This document shows, piece by piece, positions 38,712 to 48,859 of a DNA stretch of 64,000 nucleotides (positions are counted from its first letter, which is position 1; each line of letters begins with the position of its first letter). Under the pieces are notes generated by a model. It saw only the letters and a program-made list of their open reading frames with translations, was not told where the DNA came from and made no database searches. Origin of the DNA: a virus; IMG/VR virus record IMGVR_UViG_3300035698_022014, positions 11,602 to 75,601 of that record. One strand, written 5' to 3'. Position numbers and translations under genes: made by a program.

Positions 38712-39230
38712 TTATTCCTCACGTTTTTTAGCTTTTGCTTTATCTCTTGCAAGTTTATCCTCAAAGTCACCAATGAAGGTGTCAATGTAATCTGCATCGA
38801 GACTTAGGTTCATTCCTATCTCGCCGCCACCGACGTGCGTTTCGCCCATCGCAAGCAGTGCCTGTGAGGACTTGAGTTTAGTGTAAAGGAATTTCTTCTC
38901 TTTTGCGATTCGACGTAAAAAAGCGAACCAAATGATCTGAGTGAAATATGCAAACGGATTACTCGATTTAGCTGCATCGAAATTCTCGATGTATAGCAGT
39001 GAGTTTTCTATTCCATCCATAACCATGTCCTCTCTGAACGCGTATCCTGAGAAGTTAGGCTTTGATGATAGTCGGTTGGAAATGTGGTAAATACACTCTC
39101 CAAGATAATTAGGAACAACAGGGAGCTGCTTACCTGCATCTCTCGCATCTTGACAGTTCTTCTTGTGTAGAATTAGCGCTTCGAGAAAGTCAGGATTGTT
39201 GACGTAGTTTCTCTTTTTTCTCTTTTCCAT
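38712..39230 (-). CDS. Late-transcription sigma factor gp55
   Basis: NYVNN, PNFSGY, SSNPFAYFTQI...AFLRRI.KEKK. Confidence 0.95.
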   Translation of the reverse strand: MEKRKKRNYVNNPDFLEALILHKKNCQDARDAGKQLPVVPNYLGECIYHISNRLSSKPNFSGYAFREDMVMDGIENSLLYIENFDAAKSSNPFAYFTQIIWFAFLRRIAKEKKFLYTKLKSSQALLAMGETHVGGGEIGMNLSLDADYIDTFIGDFEDKLARDKAKAKKREE

Positions 39231-39247
39231 TTTGTACCCTCTGATAG

Positions 39248-39284
39248 TTACAGCGGTGTGGACAGAACGCCCACACCGCTGTAA
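39248..39284. repeat. 14-bp inverted repeat just upstream of the gp55 RBS
   Basis: TTACAGCGGTGTGG / CCACACCGCTGTAA. Confidence 0.75.
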
Positions 39285-39300
39285 TTGTTGGTTTAATTGT

Positions 39301-42300
39301 TTAGATTGTAGTCGGGGTGTTCTCTTTAAGATATGCTACAAACTGTTCCATATAAAGAACCAGGCCATCACCCACTAAAAGACCAGCATAACGCTCATCA
39401 TACACTTCACTCACTGTTGCACTTGGAAAAACAACTGCAGGTCCTTGACTTGTTATGTCATAGAGCTCCTTAGGCAGTTTGCCTTCTTGTAGAGCCTCTT
39501 GAAAATCGACATATTCAATTTCATTCGTTTCCACATCTACAATAGGGATCATTCCGTCCCTGAATATAAATGTGGTTGTTGGTGCATAGTTGCTCATTAA
39601 TTCTTCCGTGATGTAATTTTTGAAGGTAGATACCTTGTTGTTATTATTAGAGTATACACCCTCAGCCAGGTGCTTGTCAACGTTTTGTTTTGTGGTTAAC
39701 TCAACTTCGTACACTTGCTGAATGCGCAACTGTGCAGGTGGATTAAACACACACCATTCAGGCGATCTGATACCACCACCTGCTCCAGGAACACCTGCAA
39801 CCTCATAGTCTGTTCTTTTTTTCCCAAGGTTAACATCCATCGAGAACAAATAGCCTTTTTGGCCTGCACGTCTTGAGTAGCCGCCATTAGAAACATATTG
39901 CAACGCTTTATCGACCTTGTTGCTGAAATATATACCATCGCCAAGCATTCTACCCACAACACCTGAATCAGAAGGCTTGATGACTCTGAACCCATATCTC
40001 AAAATCATCGATGCTGCAATACCGCCTGTGCCATGGTAAGCAGGTTCTACTGTTCCATCACCAAACTTATTGTTACGGAAGTCGTCAAACAGAGGGTTGT
40101 CTGTTGTTCCGTCATACACGTTTAGAATCTTAGGAAACACATCGCCATGCTTTCCTGCATGGTCTCTTTGAATGATGGTTTTGTTCAGTGCATTCACGTT
40201 TATAGTATCGTTTTTTGCAACATCCGGTTCGGGAAGAATTGTCCCTTTCTGAGCAATTGTAGCCTTTGCACGCGCAAAGAACTGCGTATACGTCTCGCCC
40301 TTCTTTTTCTTTGATACTGTGCCTGATACAATTGCAGATAAATCAATGTCGTTATACAAAAACAACTGCTTTAATCTATTTTTATCAATTTTATCGAACG
40401 GTTTAATGTCTCCGCTAGAAATTTCATCTATCAAAACTTGTGAGCCGACAAGTGACATTCTAATCTTCTGTACGACGTGAGGTGCAAGTCCATCGATGAT
40501 GTCATTAACATAATCTTCGACATCTGTGCCAATAGCGTCAAGAATGATTCCTGTCAGCACTTCAACATATTTTCCCTTGTTGTCCTTGTTGATATCTTTA
40601 TACAAATCTGCACTCATGATGTATTTTTTGTTTGAGGATTTTGCGAACCTCATCCATTCTAATACTGTCTCTGATGTTGCACTTGAAAGAAGGTTCATGA
40701 TAGTATTGCCACCCTTTGACGTATCAAAATCAAAACCAGTGTCTTTCTTTGCAATGATCAATGACGCTTTGGCCAAAGCGTCATTGATCTTGTCTTTATC
40801 ACCAGGCGCAAAACGTGCGACACTTACATTACCGTAGAAATCGTTTCTCGATTCAAGGAAGTTTGCTAACACCTGTGTATCAAGATCAGCAACACCGTCA
40901 CGTCGAACCTTAACACCTACTAGTGCTACATCACTAGGGAAATTGTCCATCATTTGCTCAAGATCAATGTTAAGCGTTCTAACAACATTGACAATTTTGT
41001 CAGGATTGTTAGCGCCGATAATTCTACCAATGGCTGATTTTTCAAAACCTACATCTACAAGGTCCGCTGCATAGCGGTCGTGCAACAGCTCAAAGAGCAC
41101 GCCGCCGTTTTGAGGAGCCTGTGTATTGTACACCTCTTCCTTTGTGAATTCTTCAAACAATTTTGGAACGATAGAAGCCTCATATGTAGGAAATAAATCA
41201 ACTCGAATGAAGTATTGAGCCATTTCCTCAATGCGGGCAATAGTTGCCCGTTTAAATAACTCGGGATTATAACCAATTGTTGATCTACTATTTCCTGATA
41301 CTATAAGGAGCCTGATAAACGAACCCGTAAACATGCCATCGCTGACCATATCATTATATACAGTTGATAAGAAATCTATTGATTGTGCAGCAACAAAATC
41401 TAACAAAATCGAACCATCACCGTATGTATATCTGATATTTCCATCAGGGTATTGTCGTATGATGCCATTAAACACGTTTTTAATGGGTATTTTACTTGAT
41501 GTTTCTGGATCAGAGACCATGAACGAAATCAATCTTCTTTTTTGTTTTTCCTCAACAGTTTTGTTGTATACTTCTGACAGAAGATAATTATTATTTTTAT
41601 TATTTATATATACGATACGCTTTATTAGTGGATCTTTTGCCTCTATTTCAAGTGCAGCATGTACAAGCCCTTCTATAGATGATTGGCGATAGGATGCTGT
41701 ATTACCACTGCTGTATATCTGATCGACGAACATTTCAAGAAAACCAATTGGCGTATATTTAGTCTTCCGTACAGCATTAGCTTGTTTAAGCACTGATGTA
41801 AAATCTTGGGAGGTGTCACGATCTCTAAAAGCTTGAAAATAATTTTCAACGTTGTACACTGTTTTATATATTGCTTCATATGCTTTGCGAGGAGCATCAG
41901 GTAGTTTAACAGCATAAAGCAAGGTATCTGCAAGATTGTATTTTGTTTTGATAAATTTAAGGGCCGCTGCTTCAAGTCTGTAATTATGATTTATATCGTC
42001 TGTGTGTATATCTATAAGGATCTTTATGCCCTCATCAATCAATTGATCTATATCGATGTTACTTGCAACTAATGCCTGCGCTGCCTCTCTTTCCTTCTGA
42101 TCAGCAGCAGCTTGGTCATCAATCACCTTCTGATCAATAGCAGCCTGAGCGTCAATCGCTTGTTGTGCTTGTTGTGCAGCAGCTTGTTTAATCAGTTTTT
42201 GACGTTGGTAGTAATTCAGCTTCGGTGCTGTAGGTGTAGCAACAACAGGGTCAACTGGTGCGCCTGTCAGTGCCGCAAGCTTCTTCAGTTTTTGACGTTG

Positions 42301-43014
42301 ATAATAGTTCATTGGTGGCGCAACAGCAGGTGTTGGAGCTGTACCGACCTGAGCTGATGGATCAACAATTGGTGTTGGCACTGCAGGCACTGCAGGAGTT
42401 GCAGCTGTGGCCATAGGAGACATTCCAGCAGGCTGTGGTGTTATTTCTGTCAACCCAAAGAATCTCTTGGCATATTTTTGATAGTCGCCACCACCATCAA
42501 CTGTATTGACTCTCTTCTTCAATTGAACAGCAAACCTGGAAACATCAACAGTCGTTCCGCCACCACCTACGAAATCATCAAATACTTGACGCATCTTTGT
42601 ATCTTTAATGTTCAATCGGAAACTTGGAACCATCCCTCTAAGCCATCCTGCAACAACGTTCGAGTCAATTGAATCGATTTGGCCTGATTTCAACTTAAAA
42701 AGGAATTTCGTTATTTCATTTGCTGTGATGTCCTGTTTGAAGAATCCAGCCTCATGAGCCAACTTAACAGACAAAGAAATGTCGTGGTTATCATCACCAA
42801 TTGATCCAAGACGTACCTGTTTGTCTTTGCGCAAGAACTTGATAATTGTTCCACGTTGGGTGGCGTTCGTTGCGTTAATCATCCCCAACATTCCGAGGAA
42901 GTTGAACATGAAAGCAGCAGCAACTCGATCTTTATCTGCGAGTAATGCTGCTCTTTCTGCATCGTTAGAGTAAAGAGAATTTTCCCCAAGAAAAGATTTG
43001 AAGTTTTTGGTCAT
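39301..43014 (-). CDS. 1237-aa putative internal virion protein with a PARP-like (H-Y-E) ADP-ribosyltransferase domain
   Basis: YHGT...ILRYGF...GRMLGDGIYFS...KALQY...SPEWCVF; N-terminus FKSFLGE; late promoter GATAAATA at 43055-43062. Confidence 0.8.
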   Translation of the reverse strand: MTKNFKSFLGENSLYSNDAERAALLADKDRVAAAFMFNFLGMLGMINATNATQRGTIIKFLRKDKQVRLGSIGDDNHDISLSVKLAHEAGFFKQDITANEITKFLFKLKSGQIDSIDSNVVAGWLRGMVPSFRLNIKDTKMRQVFDDFVGGGGTTVDVSRFAVQLKKRVNTVDGGGDYQKYAKRFFGLTEITPQPAGMSPMATAATPAVPAVPTPIVDPSAQVGTAPTPAVAPPMNYYQRQKLKKLAALTGAPVDPVVATPTAPKLNYYQRQKLIKQAAAQQAQQAIDAQAAIDQKVIDDQAAADQKEREAAQALVASNIDIDQLIDEGIKILIDIHTDDINHNYRLEAAALKFIKTKYNLADTLLYAVKLPDAPRKAYEAIYKTVYNVENYFQAFRDRDTSQDFTSVLKQANAVRKTKYTPIGFLEMFVDQIYSSGNTASYRQSSIEGLVHAALEIEAKDPLIKRIVYINNKNNNYLLSEVYNKTVEEKQKRRLISFMVSDPETSSKIPIKNVFNGIIRQYPDGNIRYTYGDGSILLDFVAAQSIDFLSTVYNDMVSDGMFTGSFIRLLIVSGNSRSTIGYNPELFKRATIARIEEMAQYFIRVDLFPTYEASIVPKLFEEFTKEEVYNTQAPQNGGVLFELLHDRYAADLVDVGFEKSAIGRIIGANNPDKIVNVVRTLNIDLEQMMDNFPSDVALVGVKVRRDGVADLDTQVLANFLESRNDFYGNVSVARFAPGDKDKINDALAKASLIIAKKDTGFDFDTSKGGNTIMNLLSSATSETVLEWMRFAKSSNKKYIMSADLYKDINKDNKGKYVEVLTGIILDAIGTDVEDYVNDIIDGLAPHVVQKIRMSLVGSQVLIDEISSGDIKPFDKIDKNRLKQLFLYNDIDLSAIVSGTVSKKKKGETYTQFFARAKATIAQKGTILPEPDVAKNDTINVNALNKTIIQRDHAGKHGDVFPKILNVYDGTTDNPLFDDFRNNKFGDGTVEPAYHGTGGIAASMILRYGFRVIKPSDSGVVGRMLGDGIYFSNKVDKALQYVSNGGYSRRAGQKGYLFSMDVNLGKKRTDYEVAGVPGAGGGIRSPEWCVFNPPAQLRIQQVYEVELTTKQNVDKHLAEGVYSNNNNKVSTFKNYITEELMSNYAPTTTFIFRDGMIPIVDVETNEIEYVDFQEALQEGKLPKELYDITSQGPAVVFPSATVSEVYDERYAGLLVGDGLVLYMEQFVAYLKENTPTTI

Positions 43015-43086
43015 TGTGTATTATATCCTTGTGAAAGCTGGTGCGTGTCTTCCTTATTTATCAAAACATCACACGCTTTGACTCTT

Positions 43087-43404
43087 TCACGCGAATTTTA
43101 CAGATGTGTGCCAATACTCAACTTGTTCAGACGTCACGATCATTTCAGGATTATCATCAATCCACACATCAACTTTGATGTTGTTATCTTGTGCAAACGT
43201 CTTCTTATAACTGCCACCTGTGGGTCTACAATTGTGCACTCCAATAGTCATGCCAAGCGTATCATGCACTTTCTGCATTTCGTCGTGTCGTCTAAAGGTG
43301 ATGCACAGAACTGTGTGTCCCCTTTCCATGGCTGATTTGGCCCACAACGTCCAAAGGTCAGGATCTGCCGTATAAGTCCCATCAAAATCCAAAGCAAAAA
43401 TCAT
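43087..43404 (-). CDS. Capless HAD-family phosphatase-like protein
   Basis: ALDFDGT, ITFR, K, WIDDNP. Confidence 0.8.
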   Translation of the reverse strand: MIFALDFDGTYTADPDLWTLWAKSAMERGHTVLCITFRRHDEMQKVHDTLGMTIGVHNCRPTGGSYKKTFAQDNNIKVDVWIDDNPEMIVTSEQVEYWHTSVKFA

Positions 43405-43466
43405 GTCTTTATCTATCCCTGACATACAAAAAATTAGCACCCCAAATCACAAGGATGTTATTTTTA

Positions 43467-43793
43467 TTACATTGTGCGTGTTACACTCGAAAGCTTCTGG
43501 TAGTATGTTGCTGCTGTGCCGCGTGACACGCCTTGCTTGACTGCAAGGTCGATCACGTCTTTGCGACGAAGCAAACCGTAGTTTGCTAGAAAGATCTGAC
43601 GAAATTCAGCAACAGGAGATACAATCGAGGACGATACAAGCGAGGCTTTTTTTGTCTTTGCTTTTGCAGCAAGTGTGACAAGAATTTTACCGTCATCGCG
43701 TTTGATGAAAATGGGCTGTACCAAGCCTGCGCGAACTGCGCCGCGCTTTGCACTTGACATTGAGGTATATGTTTTTTCAAAGTTCTTAGTCAT
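43467..43793 (-). CDS. Basic hypothetical protein with possible C-terminal helix-turn-helix
   Basis: RKDVI..AV..GVS..TA.TYYQ. Confidence 0.55.
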   Translation of the reverse strand: MTKNFEKTYTSMSSAKRGAVRAGLVQPIFIKRDDGKILVTLAAKAKTKKASLVSSSIVSPVAEFRQIFLANYGLLRRKDVIDLAVKQGVSRGTAATYYQKLSSVTRTM

Positions 43794-43883
43794 TTTTATG
43801 TTCCATTTGTTTGTTGTTGTTTGCTTACCTTTATAAGCTAGCGCCAAACAAATGGAATGGCAACAATGTTTTTTGGAATATTC

Positions 43884-44381
43884 TTAACTAATTTCTACCA
43901 GACTGACTTTTATCTGTTTTTCGCCTCTGAGTTGAGCAGCGACGACAGCATGGTGCCCATCACTTATAAAGAACTTCCCAGCGTGCTTAACAACGTGAAT
44001 GTGGTTAGGGTTTGTATTTGCGATCTTGCCGCGTAGCTTATCAACATCGTTTGTCATGACATATGGCTGTGTAGCAATTAACTGGCTGATGTTCAATGTC
44101 GCCTGTTTGTTCATTTTGTCGTACTGACGTTGGCCTTCATCTCTTACCTTCTTGTCTGCATCCTCCATTCCTAGCTCCATCTGCAAGTCATACAGTGCCT
44201 CTGCTGCTTGACCTGAAAGTTTTTCATCAAAGGATGTGAGGGGGATGTGACCTCCCTTTGGGACCTTCTCCCATGTGCCAAAGCTTGAACGTGTTCCATA
44301 TCTGCGAGATACACGCTGCGCGAGCCTTACAGGGTCCACCTTACGTTCAAATATTTGACAAAATTGTGTGAAAAGTATCAT
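43884..44381 (-). CDS. ParB/sulfiredoxin-like domain protein
   Basis: L.ATQ, I.VV......FISDGHH...A..L.G. Confidence 0.7.
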   Translation of the reverse strand: MILFTQFCQIFERKVDPVRLAQRVSRRYGTRSSFGTWEKVPKGGHIPLTSFDEKLSGQAAEALYDLQMELGMEDADKKVRDEGQRQYDKMNKQATLNISQLIATQPYVMTNDVDKLRGKIANTNPNHIHVVKHAGKFFISDGHHAVVAAQLRGEKQIKVSLVEIS

Positions 44382-44464
44382 TTTGTTGTTGACCTGTTTG
44401 TGAAAATGGGGATAATAGAGTTATGGCTCTAGATATAGAAGGCTATGGTAGATGCTGCGGTGAC

Positions 44465-45955
44465 TTAGTTGAGGTCAATGTTGAAGACTTTGAAAGGAAA
44501 TTGTTCAGAAGAATATATCTCAATTCGCTTCTTAAAGTGGTCTAATGTATAATTAGTATATGCACCATGAGTGATGTCATCGGCAATGTCATACAGTGTA
44601 GCTTCGTCAGCATTGTTACCTTTTCTTAGTACCCTACCAATAGATTGGAGAATGCGAACTTCTGATTTTGATCCTGATGCGAGAATTAGATTATCAAGCT
44701 TTTTGAGGTTCGTACCTGTTGAAAAAGTTCCGAATGAGGCGAGTATATCATGTCTCTTTATAGGATCATTTTCAATCTGATCACGTATCCGCTCTCTTTC
44801 CTCACCACTGACGTTTCCATGAATGAAGTGGAGGACGCGTCCTTCTTTGCGGAGCAAAGGCTCTAACACCTTACCATGCTTCTCTACAAGTTCAAACAAA
44901 ATAAGATTGTTCTGATCTTTGAGTGACCAGACGAGATTGCGTATGAATATGTTTCTCTTGCTGCTATTTATGATGAACTCACGCTCTGCATGGTAACGCT
45001 CTTCTTTTTTCAGCTTCTTAATTGCCTTTGAGAATGTTGATCGTGTCTGTGCAGGGTGTTTGAGAACAATTGCCTTAACATTGAATGTTGCAACCGTACC
45101 ACTATCAATCAGATCCTTTGTCGACACATACCTCTTAACATTTCCAAACAGTCCTGTCAAGATTAAAACATGCGTTTTAGAATCAGAGGAGATGGTACCA
45201 GTAAAGCCAAATCTATAAGGAGCTTCAGTACATTTCTCCATGATCTGGGTAAGTGACTTGCCAGTAAACAAATGTGCCTCATCACCCATCACAACGCGGA
45301 ATTGGTCAAACCACTCCTTTTGTAACGGTCCTAATGACTGCCATGTTGATATTACAATTTGTGCCGAGGTGTTTTTGTCAACCCCTCCTTGTATCTTGTA
45401 TATCAAGCTTGGATCACAGCCATAATCGATAAAGTCTCCTGCCATCTGATGTACAAGGGAAATTGTTGGGACGATTATCAGAACACGGTGTTGAAAGGCA
45501 GAAATGTAGTGGTGAGATATTAAATACTGCATGAACGATTTACCACTAGAAGTCGGCGAAAGAGATAGGGTTCTCTTTTTACGAATGGCATTGACAATGT
45601 AGTCGTTTTGATACTCACGAAGCTCGAGCTTCGTCCCTGTTTCCTTTGCTAATTGGTATCCGTAGTCGTCAGGAACATTTGGTTCGTCACATATTTCTTT
45701 GTCTACAATTAGATCATATGATCTAATTTCACAAAATTGTCGAAGTTGATCGATTAGACCTATGTGGAGATAAGGCTTGAATGGGGTGACCAGGCGAATA
45801 TACCCATCCCAAACTTTCGCTTTGTATTTCGGCGAGAATTGATAGTTTGCAGGTCGGAAGGCAAAGAATTCCATCAACTCCTGCATTATGCTCACATCAG
45901 CAATTACCTTCATGTGAACCTCATTCATCTTCTCAACTCGAATTGTGTCAGTCAC
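44465..45955 (-). CDS. uvsW: DNA helicase UvsW
   Basis: WDG.IRL, PTSSGKS, DEAH, GFTGT, LQSIGRVLR. Confidence 0.95.
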   Translation of the reverse strand: MTDTIRVEKMNEVHMKVIADVSIMQELMEFFAFRPANYQFSPKYKAKVWDGYIRLVTPFKPYLHIGLIDQLRQFCEIRSYDLIVDKEICDEPNVPDDYGYQLAKETGTKLELREYQNDYIVNAIRKKRTLSLSPTSSGKSFMQYLISHHYISAFQHRVLIIVPTISLVHQMAGDFIDYGCDPSLIYKIQGGVDKNTSAQIVISTWQSLGPLQKEWFDQFRVVMGDEAHLFTGKSLTQIMEKCTEAPYRFGFTGTISSDSKTHVLILTGLFGNVKRYVSTKDLIDSGTVATFNVKAIVLKHPAQTRSTFSKAIKKLKKEERYHAEREFIINSSKRNIFIRNLVWSLKDQNNLILFELVEKHGKVLEPLLRKEGRVLHFIHGNVSGEERERIRDQIENDPIKRHDILASFGTFSTGTNLKKLDNLILASGSKSEVRILQSIGRVLRKGNNADEATLYDIADDITHGAYTNYTLDHFKKRIEIYSSEQFPFKVFNIDLN

Positions 45956-45961
45956 GGTATA

Positions 45962-46399
45962 TCAATAGCCTCCGTTTTGGAATTTCTGAAAGTCGATCAT
46001 GTTCTTTATGATGAAGTTTCTGTTATTTATCTGTTTGATTACATCTTCGAGAAATTTGGCCATTCCTGTATAGTAATCGATCTGTAGGGACAATTTAATT
46101 ATCTCCTTGTCAGAGTGAATATATTTATCCATATCGCTCCGAAGTATCTTCAAAGGGTTTGGCTTCCACCCACGCTCTTTCAAATCTTCCATCGCCATCG
46201 TACCGTTGTAATATTCTATCTTATCTTTTTCAAGGACTTTCAGGTCTGCTTTAAGTTTGTTCGCTTTCATTACAGCGCGGTAGTATATCTTGTAGTATTT
46301 TGCATGTAATCCAGGGATCTTTCCTGACTCTTGTGATAAGTTGGTTTCGTTTATTATTGCGTCTTCGGCCCACATCTTTTCATACTCTTCAATGTCCAT
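45962..46399 (-). CDS. uvsY: Recombination mediator UvsY
   Basis: W.ED..I, IP.LH.KY, I.NR.F.IKN.ID..KF..G. Confidence 0.9.
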   Translation of the reverse strand: MDIEEYEKMWAEDAIINETNLSQESGKIPGLHAKYYKIYYRAVMKANKLKADLKVLEKDKIEYYNGTMAMEDLKERGWKPNPLKILRSDMDKYIHSDKEIIKLSLQIDYYTGMAKFLEDVIKQINNRNFIIKNMIDFQKFQNGGY

Positions 46400-46417
46400 A
46401 TATTCAATCCTATCATA

Positions 46418-46909
46418 TTATTTTGGTATCTTTTCAATTGTGAAAGTGTCGTATTGAAACGTTGCTGTCGCCTGAGGGTAGGTGACGTCTGTATCAGTCA
46501 CATTTAACTGAACATCACTGAGCGATATTGGAAAGCAATTTTTATATTTCACGAGAATGTTTGAGTTCTTCTTGCTGTTCATTATTGTGATCGTTATATC
46601 TGAAAACAGTCCTTCTACAGTGTTCTGTATTTTCTCGTATTGGCTATGGTTGCTTGGAAATGCTGAACCGACAATCCAATCAAAGATTTCCACGTAGTTG
46701 TTCATGTCTTCATCGATTATAAAAACTAGATCGAGATTTGAGTATGTTATGTTGTCAGGAGTCTGAAACACAGGGTTGAACCTTGTAGGCTGCACAATTG
46801 GTGATGTGCTGATATTTGGGATCGAGGACTGCTGTGTGAAGAACTCGACGTTGGGTAGCCTCTTTATTGCTACCCTGAATTCAAGTGGTGAAAAATAGTT
46901 TGGTACCAT
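46418..46909 (-). CDS. Tail completion/sheath stabiliser gp3
   Basis: P.VEFF.Q...IP, F.IDEDM.NY.EI..W, FP.SLS; CATAAATA at 46957-46964. Confidence 0.88.
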   Translation of the reverse strand: MVPNYFSPLEFRVAIKRLPNVEFFTQQSSIPNISTSPIVQPTRFNPVFQTPDNITYSNLDLVFIIDEDMNNYVEIFDWIVGSAFPSNHSQYEKIQNTVEGLFSDITITIMNSKKNSNILVKYKNCFPISLSDVQLNVTDTDVTYPQATATFQYDTFTIEKIPK

Positions 46910-46925
46910 GAGATCCTGTTCCCTG

Positions 46926-46954
46926 TTGACTAAGCAATTTCAGACGACTATAGT
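46926..46954 (+). promoter_or_regulatory. Sigma70-type early promoter
   Basis: TTGACT-N17-TATAGT at the strand switch; similar gTTGAC elements at 47262, 49483, 53585, 54293, 60441, 62425. Confidence 0.6.
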
Positions 46955-46986
46955 GCTATTTATGTTTAAAGATAAAGGACAGTTCA

Positions 46987-47232
46987 ATGAAACAGAAGCA
47001 CCATGACTTTGATGTAATCAGTGGAGACAGAGTCGAAGACACTCGAGGAAATGTGTACCTAATTACAAGCATCACAGAGTCTGTCGGATATGAATTGAGC
47101 AGACCGTATGGGGGCAGAGTCGTCAACCTAATTTGCGTGTCAGGGCCAAACGCACCAAACGCACGTGACATTAAATATAGGGTGCTGCACGAAATGTCAC
47201 GGAACTCTAAACTATGGAAGTGTAACACCTAG
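46987..47232 (+). CDS. Hypothetical protein
   Basis: AAGGA RBS, downstream of the promoter. Confidence 0.5.
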   Translation: MKQKHHDFDVISGDRVEDTRGNVYLITSITESVGYELSRPYGGRVVNLICVSGPNAPNARDIKYRVLHEMSRNSKLWKCNT

Positions 47233-47321
47233 TATACCACAATTTCCAGGAAAAACAACTGTTGACTGTGTGTTCCACAGCCTGTATATAGAACATATAA
47301 CAAACATGAAAGAAAACTAAA

Positions 47322-47516
47322 ATGAAATATGCAATCATCGCTTCTGTCCTGCTTCTGTCAGCTTGTTCTTCGCCATCGATTACAGACCTTGAAAAACACC
47401 TCCGTGCTGAGGAAGATTTTCACTCGCACCAAGTGTACATCGAAGAACTATACACCAAATATGACCCCGAGTTTGTAGATGACTGTATCTTCTACAAACT
47501 CGAATGTGGATTTTGA
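47322..47516 (+). CDS. Small putative lipoprotein
   Basis: Signal peptide with lipobox LLSAC. Confidence 0.65.
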   Translation: MKYAIIASVLLLSACSSPSITDLEKHLRAEEDFHSHQVYIEELYTKYDPEFVDDCIFYKLECGF

Positions 47517-47572
47517 AATAACGATACATCTATTTTACAGTAGCACAAATAAGACGTAGTATAAAAGAGAGT

Positions 47573-48808
47573 GTGGAAATGAAAAAATATCTTGTGGGTG
47601 GTGCAGTTCGTGACATGCAAATGGGCATTGAGCCTAAAGATCTTGATTATGTTGTAGTCGGTGCTACACACGAACAAATGATTGCTGATGGGTTCGAGAA
47701 CGTTGGTGCTGATTTCCCTGTGTACCTCCATCCTGTTACAGGTGATGAGTACGCACTCGCACGACGTGAAAAGAAGACAGGTGTAGGATACATTGGATTC
47801 ACATCTGAATTTGATGTGAGTGTGACTCTCGAGGAGGATCTGGGGAGGAGAGACATTACTGCTAACAGCATGGCATATGATATTGATGGTGATGAAGGAT
47901 TAATTGATCCGTTCAATGGCCAAGATGATGTTGCTAACAAAGTTCTTCGTCACACTGGTATTGCCTTTGTTGAAGATCCTGTTCGTGTTCTTCGGATTGC
48001 ACGACTTCGCGCAAGGTTTGGCTCAGAGTGGACAGTTGCACCAGAGACAAAGATTTTGATTCATCAGATGGCCAAATCAGGTGTTCTCAATGAGCTGCAA
48101 GCTGAGCGTGTGTGGAAAGAAATGAGTCGTGCACTGATGGAACCAAACCCACAGCTTTTCTTTGATACGTTGCTTGAATGTGATGCGCTCCATGTTATAT
48201 TCCCTGAAATCTACAAACTGCTAACTGCACTAGAAAGCAACCGTTGGCATCCTGAGAAAAACGCCTTTCAACATTCTATGCTTGTACTCGAGCAATCTGC
48301 AAAGTTTGATTTTCCTCTTGATGTGCGCTTTGCATGTCTTGTTCATGATATTGGAAAAGGGCTCACACGTTTCGAGAATCTTCCAAGTCACCTTGGTCAT
48401 GATGTTAATGGGGTAGTTCTTGTAGAATCGTTTGCAAATCGACTTTCTGTTCCTGCAAAGATTCGTGATCACGCGATGAAGGCGACACGCTACCACATGA
48501 GCATGCATAAACTCGACACACTGAACGACAAGACGTTTGTCAAGATGTTTGATGCTATGAATGCTAAGAACGACCCACGCTGCATAGAGGTTTTACTACA
48601 GGTTGGTATTTGCGATGAGAGAGGGCGTCTTGGTTCCGAAAACAATCCTGTCGACCATCTCAATGTTCTGACTACACTGTTTGAAGCATATCACAGTGTG
48701 AAGTTTGCTGATGTTTTTCCAAACGGTCAAACAAACGTCAACAAGATTAAAGACGGTTTGTACAAGGCAAGAATCCAAGCAATTAAATCAGCTAGAGCCT
48801 CTAGCTGA
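47573..48808 (+). CDS. cca: Multifunctional CCA-adding enzyme (nucleotidyltransferase + HD phosphatase)
   Basis: YLVGGAVRD, D.DYVVVG, EYALAR.E.K, RRDIT.N, EDP.R.LR.AR, ERVW.E, LVHDIGKG. Confidence 0.93.
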   Translation: MEMKKYLVGGAVRDMQMGIEPKDLDYVVVGATHEQMIADGFENVGADFPVYLHPVTGDEYALARREKKTGVGYIGFTSEFDVSVTLEEDLGRRDITANSMAYDIDGDEGLIDPFNGQDDVANKVLRHTGIAFVEDPVRVLRIARLRARFGSEWTVAPETKILIHQMAKSGVLNELQAERVWKEMSRALMEPNPQLFFDTLLECDALHVIFPEIYKLLTALESNRWHPEKNAFQHSMLVLEQSAKFDFPLDVRFACLVHDIGKGLTRFENLPSHLGHDVNGVVLVESFANRLSVPAKIRDHAMKATRYHMSMHKLDTLNDKTFVKMFDAMNAKNDPRCIEVLLQVGICDERGRLGSENNPVDHLNVLTTLFEAYHSVKFADVFPNGQTNVNKIKDGLYKARIQAIKSARASS

Positions 48809-48811
48809 TTT
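48785..48811. repeat. 27-nt near-perfect palindrome spanning the cca stop codon
   Basis: AAATCAGCTAGAG-C-CTCTAGCTGATTT. Confidence 0.75.
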
Positions 48812-48859
48812 GAACTAAATGATAAATAGGGCATCCACGTCATAAAAAGGCTTGCTTTA

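Noticed and set aside
44389-44416. Plus-strand TTGACC-N16-GATAAT promoter antisense to uvsW
   Set aside because: Imperfect match, no downstream sense gene and no other support
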